Source: Nemertoderma westbladi
Lineage: Eukaryota > Animalia > Xenacoelomorpha
DNA length: 64,000 nucleotides
NCBI GenBank assembly: GCA_032718475.1
Contig: JAUCBJ010008047.1
Location: forward strand, 8,498-72,497
Reading direction: 5' to 3'
Under the pieces are notes generated by a model, which was not told the DNA's origin, made no database searches, and worked only from the letters and a program-made list of their open reading frames with translations. Shown here one piece after another: positions 37,169 through 48,548 of this stretch (positions are counted from its first letter, which is position 1; the number at the start of each line of letters is the position of its first letter). Made by a program: the position numbers and the translations under genes.

Positions 37169-37255
37169 GGTTCAGTAGCTCAGTTGGTAGAGCGTTGGAA
37201 ATTATATGTGTAGTAGGTATCGAGTTCGAATCCTAGTAAGTGCGAATTATTTTTT
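37169..37255 (+). ncRNA. tRNA-derived Pol III-type unit inside the 5' LTR of B (not a functional tRNA)
   Basis: GGTTCAG TAGCTCAGTTGGTAGAGCG (A box at +8, intact GCTC/GAGC D-stem); B box GAGTTCGAATCC at 37222-37233; T6 run at 37250-37255. Acceptor and anticodon stems do not pair. Confidence 0.7.
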
Positions 37256-37309
37256 GTGCAGAATTTCAACTCATTTAAATTAACCGCTACAAATTAATTG
37301 CATTTGTCT

Positions 37310-37555
37310 GTACCAATGAGACTGTAGTTATTTGATTGTAACCAATGTCGTGCAAGTTATATATTAGCTGGACCAATAGCTATCTTTAAAACCTTGTTAG
37401 AACTCATAGAACAATCGAGAATTTTCTCGATTGATTGCGGCACAAATTTAGTATATAAAGGTGCGATTCGTTCATTAGTTATCTAATCTACTCAATCTTA
37501 TATTTCATTTATTCTCAGATTACATTGTATTATAATTGTATCTTTTGTAATAAAA
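37310..37555 (+). promoter_or_regulatory. LTR Pol II promoter and poly(A) signal of B
   Basis: Three CCAAT boxes about 30 bp apart (~37313, 37342, 37373), TATATAAA at 37452, Inr-like TCATT ~37472, AATAAA ~37549. All are conserved in the 3' repeat. Confidence 0.6.
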
Positions 37556-39782
37556 GTCAAAAATACTAGTCACATCTCAGCTTTTCTATCTGTTTTACCA
37601 TGGTCTCACTACGGTGAACAAACTCAGGGACAGGATGGCCGGCTAGAGATCGGGCCGCAGCAATGAACGGGAACATCACGGGAATGTAGACGAGAGACAA
37701 CCCGCAATACCATCTAGTGTTATTCGCCCATCGCCTGAAAGGTTAGACAGCGTTCGATCCTTGCTACCTAAGTATAAGACCAAAAGATCAAAGGTAGACG
37801 TAGTGACACGCTGTAAGCCCAAAATTACATCATAGGGACTGTACTGTCTTGATTCAGGGAAAACCGCAGTAGACCTTCATATTCCTACGGGGGGAGGAGA
37901 GAGAGCAGATACTAGTACGCAGATAGGACGTAGGCACACCGGTACAAGGCATACACATTGGTTAGGGTGCAGCAAACTGTACGCTTAACTCTTGCTAAGT
38001 ACAGGTGTGTGTGCGACTATTTGCAGTACGACCGTGTCTATTACATCAGAACTTGTAGGCTAGGGGGTTGCTGTGTTTTCACCTGAATTGGGATTGTACC
38101 GTTCAGGCGGTAGGGCAGTTTACGCTAGGCGCAAATAAATTGAGGCTATCAGGGATATACTAACATCTACCGTGTCCCCGCCAACGCCCTAATAGGAAGT
38201 TACCCGGACTACCTGGGTGACTAAAATTCTAGATAGGAACCAGGATAGCTATTAGTACCCGTACGCCTACAGTAGTAAACTAACACATCTCTTCTTAGTA
38301 TCAGGGACCTGGTACCTAAAATTGCCGAATTCTGGGCGTAGTATTAACCTTATGCCTGAATTTGAGTCCTGGAAATACGCAAGAGGGGAAGGAACCTTAT
38401 CATTCGTGAGTATTGGACCTACAAGTTATAAAATTAGAATATTCGTAAAATGCACACCGTACCCAGTAATTATATATGTGAAGGAGCAAAACTGTTTTGA
38501 CCATTCAGAATTAACACACGCGCGTTAGAAATTATTAACACCTCAAAATATATAAAATTAACTTTCGTCCTTACTGCACTTTGCTCGCTAGTTAGACATC
38601 TCCAAATCTGCTCTATACCTAGCTAGCGTCCCTTTGCCCAACCATATAAATCACACCGCGGCAAAGTATACGAGCCCCTTAGTCCGTCAGTGAGTCAGCC
38701 TGATTTTAGGATTCGCTGCGCGGGATTTTGTTTTATCGAAGTTTGTCTGCTCGTAGACTGTTTTCTGCCTCACCGGTTAAAAGAGATCGATACTGCAATA
38801 TATTCGCTTACTTGGGGTTTACTGTTTTGGTGAGAAGGTCGGATTTATGATTTGATTTACAAACTTTACAGTAGGATATTGCAGGTATTGTTACCGTTTC
38901 TTCCGATAGTAGGAATAGGCGTATCTCTCCAATTTAGTAGGAATATGATTATTTTAACATATTTCCTAATTTAGTAGGAATATGTTTTACTGAACTACGG
39001 TTCGGTAGGACTAAAGTTATTTGAAAATTTTGTATTTTGAGGTAAAAGTTTGTATTTGATTAGCTAAGTGCTAATTTTTTGAAATAAAATTTGATTTGAA
39101 CCGCGTGTAAAATATTTTTGGAATTGAATACCGGTGTTTAAAAAGGGTTTAAATACCATATTGTACCGGTACAAAATTTTTCGTAAAGTAAAACCTAACT
39201 CTTTTGTTTTTCAGGATTCAGAACTCATTTCTAGACTGTAACGGGAGCAAGACCGTGTTTAGCAAGTTTGGGAGATAGATAACTCAACAACTTTGGTTGG
39301 GAAAATCGCGTTTCGTCCGCAACGTTAAAAACGGAAAGGTTCACGTCCGGTTTGTATCTGGGAATCTGTTTTTCTGGAGAATTATTGGAGTGGGTGAGTT
39401 CGAAAAGTTGCATAAATAAGTTAGGCATTACCGTATTAGTTAAAATTATTGTGGGTTCCACTGTCTCAAGTATTTATGCATTCCGTATGATTTCTTTGTT
39501 CATTGCTGAATTAGTCCGTATTATTGTATTTAATTTACCTTTTGATAACGCATATCGTTATCCGATTTATTTGTTATAAAATTGGCCGCTAGGCTAATTT
39601 TATTATATACTTATTCCGTGACATTTATTTGCTGTAAAATTGGCCGTTTAGGCTAATTTTATCCATCTGCTATAAAATCGGCCGGTAGGCTAATTTTATA
39701 TGACTGTAATTAGTACCGTTTTATACAAATACGGTAAACTCGATACTTTGACACTCACTTCACTTGACTTACAACTACCGAA

Positions 39783-42700
39783 ATGAGTGACAAACAAGAC
39801 TATACGAAGAATACACAAACCGACTATGACTCGTGTGACGGAGATAAGTCAGCAGCGGAAGAACAACAGGGGAAGACTCGCGAGCCTACCGAACCTACAC
39901 CGTGTGCGTCACCAGTACATCCAACGGGAGTACCGGATGCCGTAGTACGAGGCGACGGCAGGACCGAGGACTTTCTAACTGTTCCGCAACCTAGATATAG
40001 GGAAACGGAAATGGTAAGTTCAGCAGGAAGCACAGAAAGTGTGGTTAGAAGCGTCGGTGGATACATGGCGCATATAACCAGGAGTATTGGAGAAGGCCAA
40101 CGCATATTAGACGGGTTGACCGCTCCGATGTCTCGATTCGAGTTCTACACCCTCCAGGTTAGAGTACAGAGTAAAGTATATAAGTCCGTAGATAATCTAG
40201 TTGGCCTACAAGATCTAGCTAGACAGAGACAGGACATGGATACTCAACTTAGAATCCTCGAGAAACTAATGATCACTAGAGAGAAACTGATTCAGTTTAA
40301 GTCGACGATTAGACAGATACAACAGGAACAAGCGGACCAGTTGTTAGGTGAGTCAGTTTCGGACGAATTATTACAACCCGAGGAAGAACAGGAATTGTAC
40401 CGACTGGATGGACAATTGAAACATCTGACGGACCACTTACGCATGTGCGGCGAAGACGTCGGCGATTTGGAAACCGTGCCGGAATACACGAGGGAAACTT
40501 CATTCGCACAAATCGAATCGGCACCGGGAATACTAAATCAATCATTGGTAAGTATTCGTAGCGAAATCTGCGAAGGAAGTATAGTCACGTCAGAAGTTGC
40601 TCGACAACAGCAGCAGTTCTACAGACAGCAACACGAGATAGAAGAACAAGCTCAACTTCTAATGATACAAACAGCAGTAGAGGAAGAGAAAATACGTGTT
40701 GCGAATGTAGCGAGAATCTCTCATCTGCAGGAACAAGCCGAACTCGAAGCGGCCGAAATGGAAAGGTTAGAGTTGGACATTGCCCAACAAGCGGCAACGG
40801 CCGAGTTAGCGCAACGAACGGCAACAGCCGAGTTAGAGCGACAAACGGCAGCGGCAGCGGCCGAGTTAGAGCGACAAACGGCAGCGGCCGAGTTAGAGCG
40901 ACAAACGGCTGCGGCAGAGTTAGAGCGACAAACGGCTGCGGCAGAGTTAGAGCGACAAAGAGTAGTTTCGGAAGCCAGAGTCGAGATGAAGACACGGCAA
41001 ATAAAAGCCCAACAAGCGATACGACAAGCAGAGTTCGAGGCGCAACAACAACAAACGGAACAACGAGAAAAGGAAGTTAAACTTCGTTTCGAACTTGAGA
41101 AGAGGGCGAGAGAATTAGCCGAAACTAAGGAAAATCTGGATCTTCTAGCCCGCGATCGATCGATGAGATCTCGCGACGGACATGATTTGGACCAGTTAGA
41201 GGTAAGACATCGCCAAATTCAGGAACGGAAGAAGGAAGGAAGCGTAGGAGCACCCGGACGGGAACGACAATTAGTAAAAGACGTGTGTCAACGATTCCCA
41301 CAGGTAACTCATATGTTTGCACCGGTTACGACTAAGGAACCTGTTTCGATTGCGGGTAGTAGTGATATTTCTCCTATCCATGGTGCGACGGAACACAGGT
41401 TTGTTATTCCGGACAAGTTTACACCGCCAAGAGCAACGTCGTCGCCTATTCCGAGAGTCAAGGTAAGTAACCCACCGATTACAGATCGTAGTAGTTTATT
41501 GACCGGACCTGCGCTACTGACGACAAAACAGGTGAGTCCACCTTTGACGCCTAAACCCGTTACACATTACGCTTACCCAATGACGTTTCGACCTACAAGG
41601 CCAGTTGTTTCAAATGCTGTCATTCGCCCACCGGTTCAGTTTACATCGCAATCTACGACTTCGAGGAAGACTTGTGAGCCTACCGAACAACGGAGAACAG
41701 TGGAGACGCGACCATTCAACCAGTTTACATCGCAATCTACGACTTCGAGGAAGACTTGTGAGCCTACCGAACAACGGAGAACAGTGGAGACGCGACCGTT
41801 CAACCAGTTTACATCGCAATCTACGACTTCGAGGAAGACTTGTGAGCCTACCGAACAACGGAGATCAGTGGACGATGTTCCGAAACGAGCCGTTAGAATT
41901 CGAACGACGCAACGGACGCGAGCACGTCGACCACCATATCCAGATGATAGTAGTACTTCGAGCGAATCGGATTACCCGAAACGCGAGGTATTTAGAACAG
42001 GGGCGGCCGATGAATATAAACGCGAGCGTTCAGACAACTCCTTTGCAGACAATCCTCCACAGAATACACCAACACAGAAGGCGTTACAACCAACGGACGC
42101 AATTAGTACACAACAGTTCGCCGACATTCTGCGACCAGTTGTCAACAAGTTGGCTCAGATCGAGGAGCGTCTGGAGGAAGTTCAAACCGATAGTTCGAGG
42201 AACACCGAATTCGAACACAATAGACACCCGAAGGCACCACAAAGACCGGTACCTTCAAACCCCACATCGTATCAGGGAAAAGCGCCTAGAAGGGAGAACA
42301 TCAACCAGGTTACCAACCAAGGACGCGAAACTCTGAACGTTGCCGAGGAGATAGCGAAATTCGCAGCCAGACAGGGATTGCCGGTACAACAACCACCGAA
42401 GTTCTCCGGTAGCTCAAAACACTGGCATACCTTCGTAGACTATATTGAATCCCAGATCGCCGTGTGCGCCTTTACATCACGAGAGAAGTTCAATTACTTG
42501 CTCCAAACGTTGTCAGGAGAACCTAAACGTTTGGCGGAGACTTTCGTCGGTGTACCAGACGCTTTCGAACTAGCGTACGATCGTTTGACTTCGATATACG
42601 GAGGTACAGTGAGTATGGCCAGGTCAGTAATAGAAGAACTCTGTAAGGGAGGGGCTATCACTAAACCCGTCGACTTACTAAAACTAGCTGACGAAATCAA

Positions 42701-45700
42701 GAACGCTATCACTACCTTAAGATCAATTGGACAACTTGATTACGGGAATACCCCTACAGTCCTATTAAAGATAATAGGACGACTCCACCATCGACTTCGT
42801 CGGGAGTGGAGGAAGGTCGAATACCAGCGAGAGGAGCGAGGAGGATTCCTGAAATTAGAAGATGTGTACCTTTTAATATCCAGGGAGGCGGTAGTAGAAA
42901 CTCGATCTAACTATACCGACCAGCACATCGTGGCAGAAGGAATCACACTGCCATCCTCCAACCGACAAAAACCCCAGACAACATCCACAAAGACGGCCAC
43001 TTACGCCACACCGACGGAATCACGACAATTCTCAGACGGTAATAGAGTATCTGCGCCCATTGGGACGAAACAGACGAGACAGCAACTCAGCGCCGACTTC
43101 AACGGCTGCCAATACTGCGAACATTTAGGTAAGCGGTATATTGGTCACAAGTTACGAGGTTGTCGACAATTTCGCGAGTTGAACTCAGAAGAACGACGGC
43201 TGCAGATACGGCCACTGGACTCTTGTTGGCGGTGTACGCGACACGGACACGTCCGTAAGGATTGCCCAAATACCGACACTTGTCCATCCTGTGGACGCAA
43301 CCACGACGGTCTGCTCCACACAGACAGCCACACGCCGACGAAACGCTTCGCCAGGGAACACCCGGAAGCAGCAGCGAGATGTGATGCGGCTTACCGAAAA
43401 CGAGAATCGAAAACGACTCCGACTTTCGTGACCCATATAGAGGATTGCTTTTCAGAACAATCCGGATCGTCGGACGAAGAATCAGACGACGACGAATATT
43501 CTAATGGAGACGAACAACCGTCAATCGCGCTCCTGACCACTGACCAACTGAAGGGATTCAGTGTAATCCCGATTAAAGTTACTGGCACAAAAGGGAGTAA
43601 GAGGATTTACGCGATTCTAGACTCAGCCTCATCTCACAGTTACGTGGATGAAAAGATAGCTGACGTCGTAACGGATCTCAGACAAGGTAAACACGTCAGT
43701 TATACAGTAAGTAGTATGCACGGCCAGCGTGCAATACCAGTGACACGAGTTAAGTTGGACTTAGACTCTCTTCTTCCAAAATCGCAACACAGCGAGAGGG
43801 AGAGGTCTTTGTTGCCCTTTAGAGATCTAACCTTTGCGGCCACGAAGGACTTTAGTAACCTACTAGGTCCAGTGCCGGAACAATCTCTGGAGGACCGTAA
43901 GTATTTCAGACACCTTGGTGTACCCGAATGTCCTGTCAATTATAGATCGGTAGCAATGCTGATCGGGACGGACCAATTCAACCTACATCAGGTGTGGGAA
44001 ACCAGACCATCGGCAGTTGTAGCAGGAAACGCATACGCCTGCAGAACGCCGATAGGGTGGTATACTCGAGCGCCTGTGCGCACACTAGACGTAAGTGACG
44101 AGGAAGACGATGTACAGAGTACATGTAGTTTATTAACTACAAATTCAATTCATTCCTTTTCACACGACGTGAACCATACTACACTACAGTCGACAAAACA
44201 TGACAGACGTGTAACTAGTATGATAAGTCACAAGGAGCAGCTAACCCACAAGGTGAGTTTAGAACTTGGGGAGAAGACGAGTCAGCTAGAGATTCCATCG
44301 ACGACAGATGATAGGCTTGCGAGTCTACCTACCCCAATAACCTCAACAGTGCCCGTCGATATCGACGATGACGCGTTGAAAATTCATCAGTTGGAACAAG
44401 CCGCCTTGGACAAAGAATTAACGGAGAAGACTATCAGGTGGTTAGAACAAGATACAGCTGAACCTGGTAGCTACGACCCTTGTATGTCGGAACAGGAGAA
44501 ACAATCTCTAAAGATCATGGAGGATACTATCCGACAGACGGAGGACGGACATTACGAGGTGGGTATGTTATGGCGTAGCCAAAGTCCTAAACTTATAAAT
44601 AACTACCCACTGGCTTTAAGACGTCTACACTCAATCCGACAACGTCTATTAAAGGACGAGAAAGCCCATCTGCAGTATAACACTCAGATGGAGACGTATT
44701 TGACGAAGGGATACGCTATCCGAATGACTAACCCGGAGCGAGTGACCGACCAGACATACTACCTGCCACATCACTATGTGAGACATCCCGATAAACCAGA
44801 CAAAGTACGTGTAGTCAATGACTGTGCGGCTCTGTTTGAGGGAATGTCCCTCAATAGTGAGTTGATGGATGGACCGAACATGAATAATTATCTTATGGGG
44901 GTGATTATGCGCTTCCGTCAGCGTCAAGTAGCCTTTACTTGCGACGTTGAAGCGATGTTTCACCAAGTAAAAGCGTTAGAGCGAGACAGAGACAGTTTGC
45001 GGTTTCTCTGGTATCCGGAAGGGGACTTAAGTCTACCACCAGCGACTTACCAAATGCAAGTTCGCGTTTTCGGTGCCAGAGACAGCCCGAATTGTACGAT
45101 GTACGCCTTGAAGCAAGCCGCTAGAGATCAGAAACATCTGTATGACCCAGAGATAATTAGAATTGTAGAACGTGACTTTTACGTTGATGACGGTTTACAA
45201 AGTTGCGACACAGTAGAACGTGCTACAACAGTAGCACATCAATTACGGGACTGCTTGGCGAGCGGAGGTTTTAACCTCACCAAATTCGCCTCAAACAGTG
45301 CCGAATTAGTTGACTCATTCGGAACTACTGAGCGTGGAGGTGGTGACATAGACCTAGAGTTCGAACCACTACCGACGACTAAGGTGTTGGGGCTCTTTTG
45401 GGACCCAAACACAGACAACTTTCGAGTGAAGGTGAGACTGGACAGTCAAGGAAACACACTGACCAAGAGATCATGCTTGTCAAAGTTGAGCCGATTGTTC
45501 GACCCGTTAGGATTCATCAGTCCAGTGATACTGCAAGCCCGCATTTATATGCGCAGTATATGGAAGGATGGACTAACGTGGGACGAGCCGATCTCATCAG
45601 ATCAAGTGGACTTATGGAAGACCTGGGAGGCGGAATTGTCTTCGTTAGAGGATTATTCCATACCCAGGGTTTACTTTCCATTACAGAGTACATTTCCTGA

Positions 45701-46796
45701 CAACTTGGAACTACACTGTTTTTCCGACGCCAGTGACAACGGGTTTGGTGTGGCAGCGTATTTGCGCAGACAAGTAGAATCAGACGAGTTCGATGTTTCG
45801 CTCATTACTTCTAAGGCTAAGACCATGCCTACTAAGTATATGACGACACCACGAGCCGAGCTACAAGCCGCGACCCTGTCAACCACCATCGTGAACCTCA
45901 TACAGACAGAACTACAGTCGAGTTTACAGATATTTTATTGGACTGACGCGACGTTGGTTTTATTTTACATAAACAACGACACACTCGAATTCAAGACATT
46001 CGTAGCTAACCGTCGCGCAGAGATTCTAGACCGTTCGATAAAAGAGGATTGGCGACATTGTCCCGGACCACAAAACCCAGCTGATATTGCGTCGCGAGGA
46101 ATGATGCCTGAGGAATTCTGTAAACCGGAGAACAAAGAGTTTTGGCAACACGGACCCCAGTTCTTGCAGAAATCGACACAAGATTGGCCTCCGTTATACG
46201 ACAACAAGTCCAACACCATTCCTAAGGACGCCGAAATCAAGAAACCAAAAAAGGGGAAGACAAAGAAAAGGACGACAGCGACAAAACTCAAGAAAAAACC
46301 GAAGGCGAAATGGAAGGATATAACTTCAAAGGTCAAGAGAGGAAGACTTGCGAGCCTTTCTACACCAGACATATCGCCAGACGGTCAACCAGACACGTTA
46401 CCAGACGATCAACCAGATACGTTACTAGACAGTCAACCAGGCATTCTACTAGACGTTAGTAACGCACTGACAAACAGTAAAGCCGCAGTTTCCCTATTGG
46501 AGCGGCCTTCTATTGACAAACAACCAGATACGTTACCAGACGTATCGCCAGACACACTACTAGACAGTCGACTAGACACTAGTAATGTATTGACTAACAA
46601 TAAAGCCGCAGTTTCCCTATTGGAGCGGCCTTGTATTGACAAACTACCAATTTTGACACACTTGAGCAACCATAAGCACGGTGAAACCTCATGTATTACA
46701 GATGTGGGTAGTACCTACGCTAATGTAAATACAGGTGTTACTTTGCGCTCAAGAGACATACCGAACTTACAACCTACGTGTGAGACCTGGGATTAA
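39783..46796 (+). CDS. gag-pol: BEL/Pao Gag-protease-RT-RNase H polyprotein (2337 aa)
   Basis: Gag core (PPKFSGSSKHWHTF), Cys/His boxes (CWRCTRHGHVRKDC, CPSCGRNHDGLLH), protease ILDSASS, RT FYVDD, RNase H FSDAS/TPRAEL/NPADIASRG. Confidence 0.95.
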   Translation: MSDKQDYTKNTQTDYDSCDGDKSAAEEQQGKTREPTEPTPCASPVHPTGVPDAVVRGDGRTEDFLTVPQPRYRETEMVSSAGSTESVVRSVGGYMAHITRSIGEGQRILDGLTAPMSRFEFYTLQVRVQSKVYKSVDNLVGLQDLARQRQDMDTQLRILEKLMITREKLIQFKSTIRQIQQEQADQLLGESVSDELLQPEEEQELYRLDGQLKHLTDHLRMCGEDVGDLETVPEYTRETSFAQIESAPGILNQSLVSIRSEICEGSIVTSEVARQQQQFYRQQHEIEEQAQLLMIQTAVEEEKIRVANVARISHLQEQAELEAAEMERLELDIAQQAATAELAQRTATAELERQTAAAAAELERQTAAAELERQTAAAELERQTAAAELERQRVVSEARVEMKTRQIKAQQAIRQAEFEAQQQQTEQREKEVKLRFELEKRARELAETKENLDLLARDRSMRSRDGHDLDQLEVRHRQIQERKKEGSVGAPGRERQLVKDVCQRFPQVTHMFAPVTTKEPVSIAGSSDISPIHGATEHRFVIPDKFTPPRATSSPIPRVKVSNPPITDRSSLLTGPALLTTKQVSPPLTPKPVTHYAYPMTFRPTRPVVSNAVIRPPVQFTSQSTTSRKTCEPTEQRRTVETRPFNQFTSQSTTSRKTCEPTEQRRTVETRPFNQFTSQSTTSRKTCEPTEQRRSVDDVPKRAVRIRTTQRTRARRPPYPDDSSTSSESDYPKREVFRTGAADEYKRERSDNSFADNPPQNTPTQKALQPTDAISTQQFADILRPVVNKLAQIEERLEEVQTDSSRNTEFEHNRHPKAPQRPVPSNPTSYQGKAPRRENINQVTNQGRETLNVAEEIAKFAARQGLPVQQPPKFSGSSKHWHTFVDYIESQIAVCAFTSREKFNYLLQTLSGEPKRLAETFVGVPDAFELAYDRLTSIYGGTVSMARSVIEELCKGGAITKPVDLLKLADEIKNAITTLRSIGQLDYGNTPTVLLKIIGRLHHRLRREWRKVEYQREERGGFLKLEDVYLLISREAVVETRSNYTDQHIVAEGITLPSSNRQKPQTTSTKTATYATPTESRQFSDGNRVSAPIGTKQTRQQLSADFNGCQYCEHLGKRYIGHKLRGCRQFRELNSEERRLQIRPLDSCWRCTRHGHVRKDCPNTDTCPSCGRNHDGLLHTDSHTPTKRFAREHPEAAARCDAAYRKRESKTTPTFVTHIEDCFSEQSGSSDEESDDDEYSNGDEQPSIALLTTDQLKGFSVIPIKVTGTKGSKRIYAILDSASSHSYVDEKIADVVTDLRQGKHVSYTVSSMHGQRAIPVTRVKLDLDSLLPKSQHSERERSLLPFRDLTFAATKDFSNLLGPVPEQSLEDRKYFRHLGVPECPVNYRSVAMLIGTDQFNLHQVWETRPSAVVAGNAYACRTPIGWYTRAPVRTLDVSDEEDDVQSTCSLLTTNSIHSFSHDVNHTTLQSTKHDRRVTSMISHKEQLTHKVSLELGEKTSQLEIPSTTDDRLASLPTPITSTVPVDIDDDALKIHQLEQAALDKELTEKTIRWLEQDTAEPGSYDPCMSEQEKQSLKIMEDTIRQTEDGHYEVGMLWRSQSPKLINNYPLALRRLHSIRQRLLKDEKAHLQYNTQMETYLTKGYAIRMTNPERVTDQTYYLPHHYVRHPDKPDKVRVVNDCAALFEGMSLNSELMDGPNMNNYLMGVIMRFRQRQVAFTCDVEAMFHQVKALERDRDSLRFLWYPEGDLSLPPATYQMQVRVFGARDSPNCTMYALKQAARDQKHLYDPEIIRIVERDFYVDDGLQSCDTVERATTVAHQLRDCLASGGFNLTKFASNSAELVDSFGTTERGGGDIDLEFEPLPTTKVLGLFWDPNTDNFRVKVRLDSQGNTLTKRSCLSKLSRLFDPLGFISPVILQARIYMRSIWKDGLTWDEPISSDQVDLWKTWEAELSSLEDYSIPRVYFPLQSTFPDNLELHCFSDASDNGFGVAAYLRRQVESDEFDVSLITSKAKTMPTKYMTTPRAELQAATLSTTIVNLIQTELQSSLQIFYWTDATLVLFYINNDTLEFKTFVANRRAEILDRSIKEDWRHCPGPQNPADIASRGMMPEEFCKPENKEFWQHGPQFLQKSTQDWPPLYDNKSNTIPKDAEIKKPKKGKTKKRTTATKLKKKPKAKWKDITSKVKRGRLASLSTPDISPDGQPDTLPDDQPDTLLDSQPGILLDVSNALTNSKAAVSLLERPSIDKQPDTLPDVSPDTLLDSRLDTSNVLTNNKAAVSLLERPCIDKLPILTHLSNHKHGETSCITDVGSTYANVNTGVTLRSRDIPNLQPTCETWD
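41636..41865 (+). repeat. 84-bp coding tandem repeat (QFTSQSTTSRKTCEPTEQRRTVETRPFN x~2.7)
   Basis: Equivalent positions at 41665, 41749 and 41833. A separate 27-bp repeat (AAAELERQT) lies at ~40790-40960. Confidence 0.9.
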
Positions 46797-48548
46797 TGTC
46801 GGCAGAAAAATAAGTTTACCGAAACCTGCTGACCCCATAGAGTTCAAACCACCATTAACGATCGACTTACAAAGTACCGACAATCAAGGTAAGAAGACAA
46901 AGAAGGACAAATTACTTGTAGACCCGGACGGATCAACAGTCAACAAGGGAATACTTACCGGCGGACCCGTGGGCCCTTCTAGTAATTCAAAACCTTCCAA
47001 GTTCTCCATTGACTTACCTGATGACGTCACAAATACTTATGTCGACCGTATTGTAAACCTAACAGATTCTTGGTCAAACGCTTGCCGAAAATTAGCGTGG
47101 ATTGTACGTTTTGTACAATACGTTAAAGGCAAACGTGACTTCACACGTCGACTTACATTGGCTGAGATTGACAGGTGTGAGATTAAATTAATTCGCCATT
47201 ACCAACTGAGATATTTCGCGCGCGAATTCACATCTATAAATCAAGGTCAACCAATCAAGTCGTCACCGATACTGAGTTGGAGTCCGATTATTTATAATGG
47301 CTTAATTTGTCATAAATCTCGGCTTCAAAACATTGACTTTAACACGAACTTTAGGTACCCAATAATAATACCGCAACATCACGAACTACAACGTGCAATG
47401 ATACTGGACGCACATTTACATCTGAAACACGCTGGAAGACACCACTGTCTTTCCTACTTACGTACTAGATTTGTATTAATTAGACCCAGTAAAGCATTAA
47501 GTTCAGTGACACGTACGTGTATTATTTGTAAAAAGGTACATTCTAGAATAGGTACCCAAGAAATGAGTGAACTACCACAAGCACGACTTCAAGCATTCAG
47601 ACCACCTTTTACAGAGACTGGAATTGATTGCTTTGGTCCCATACATACTAAACGTGGACGTATACTAGTAAAACGCTGGGGACTGATTTTCACATGTATG
47701 TCCAGTAGGGCAGTTCACATTGAACGTGTGATGGATCTTTCCACCAACGCGTTTATACTAGCACTGCGGCGATTTATCGCTAGACGCGGACTAGTAAAAT
47801 GCTTGTACTCAGACCAAGGGACAAACTTTGTTGGTGCTCGGAATGAGATTGCTAGAGCCTTTAAGAAATTAGATCATGATCAAATCTCAAACGAACTGCA
47901 ACCTCACAAGATTGTTTGGAAGTTCAATCCTCCAGATAGTCCTTGGAGAGGCGGAGTCTGGGAGAGACTGATTAGATCTATAAAGACAGCAATGGCAAAG
48001 GTCATTCCAGTAAACCACATATTAACAGACGACCAACTGACAACATTGTTTGTTGAAATCGAGGCAATACTAAATACTAGACCAATAGTATTAGTACCCG
48101 ATGACAAACAATCTCAGTTTGCTTTGACACCGGCACACCTGCTTATGCAGGCACCGACCACATTGACGCCGATTTCCATTCCAATGGAAAGCGATAGCTA
48201 CGGTAGAAAAGCGTGGAAAATCACGCAACTACTAGCTAACAAATTCTGGGAAATATGGCAAAACCATTATTTGCCCTCTATTTCTGCCAGAACAACTGGT
48301 ACAATAACACCCGCGCATTAAAGCCGGGAGATCACGTGCTGTTGGCAGAAGTGAATCTAAAAAGACGCTTCTGGATAACAGGTGTCATTTTAGCCACACA
48401 TCCATCTATGGATGGAGTGACAAGAACTGTGACGGTACGGACAATTGACGGTCGTACAGTAGACAGACCGACTCAACGTCTCGTACTTCTTGAAGAGACT
48501 CGTAACGAGTCTGGAGACTACAAATCTCCACCTAATACTAGTAAATAA
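46735..48548 (+). CDS. pol: BEL integrase and C-terminal domain of B (frame breaks at ~46735-46796 and ~48290)
   Basis: HHCC zinc finger (HLHLKHAG...CIICKK), TGIDCFGP, SDQGTNFVGA, GGVWERL; C-terminal LKPGDHVLL...DGVTRTVTV...RPTQRLVLLE in the next frame. Confidence 0.92.

Larger units (their letters stand above)
37043..38984 (+). repeat. 5' terminal repeat of B (LTR; true 3' end undetermined)
   Basis: Colinear with 52099-54064; starts TATAGAATTATATTCCC. Confidence 0.9.

Noticed and set aside
37169-37255. Functional tRNA gene
   Set aside because: Only the D-arm and the promoter boxes are intact; acceptor and anticodon stems do not pair.
38828-38846. TGGTGAGAAGGTCGGATT as the PBS of B
   Set aside because: It is not preceded by an LTR-like end, is present in both repeats, and its spacing does not fit a tRNA 3' end.
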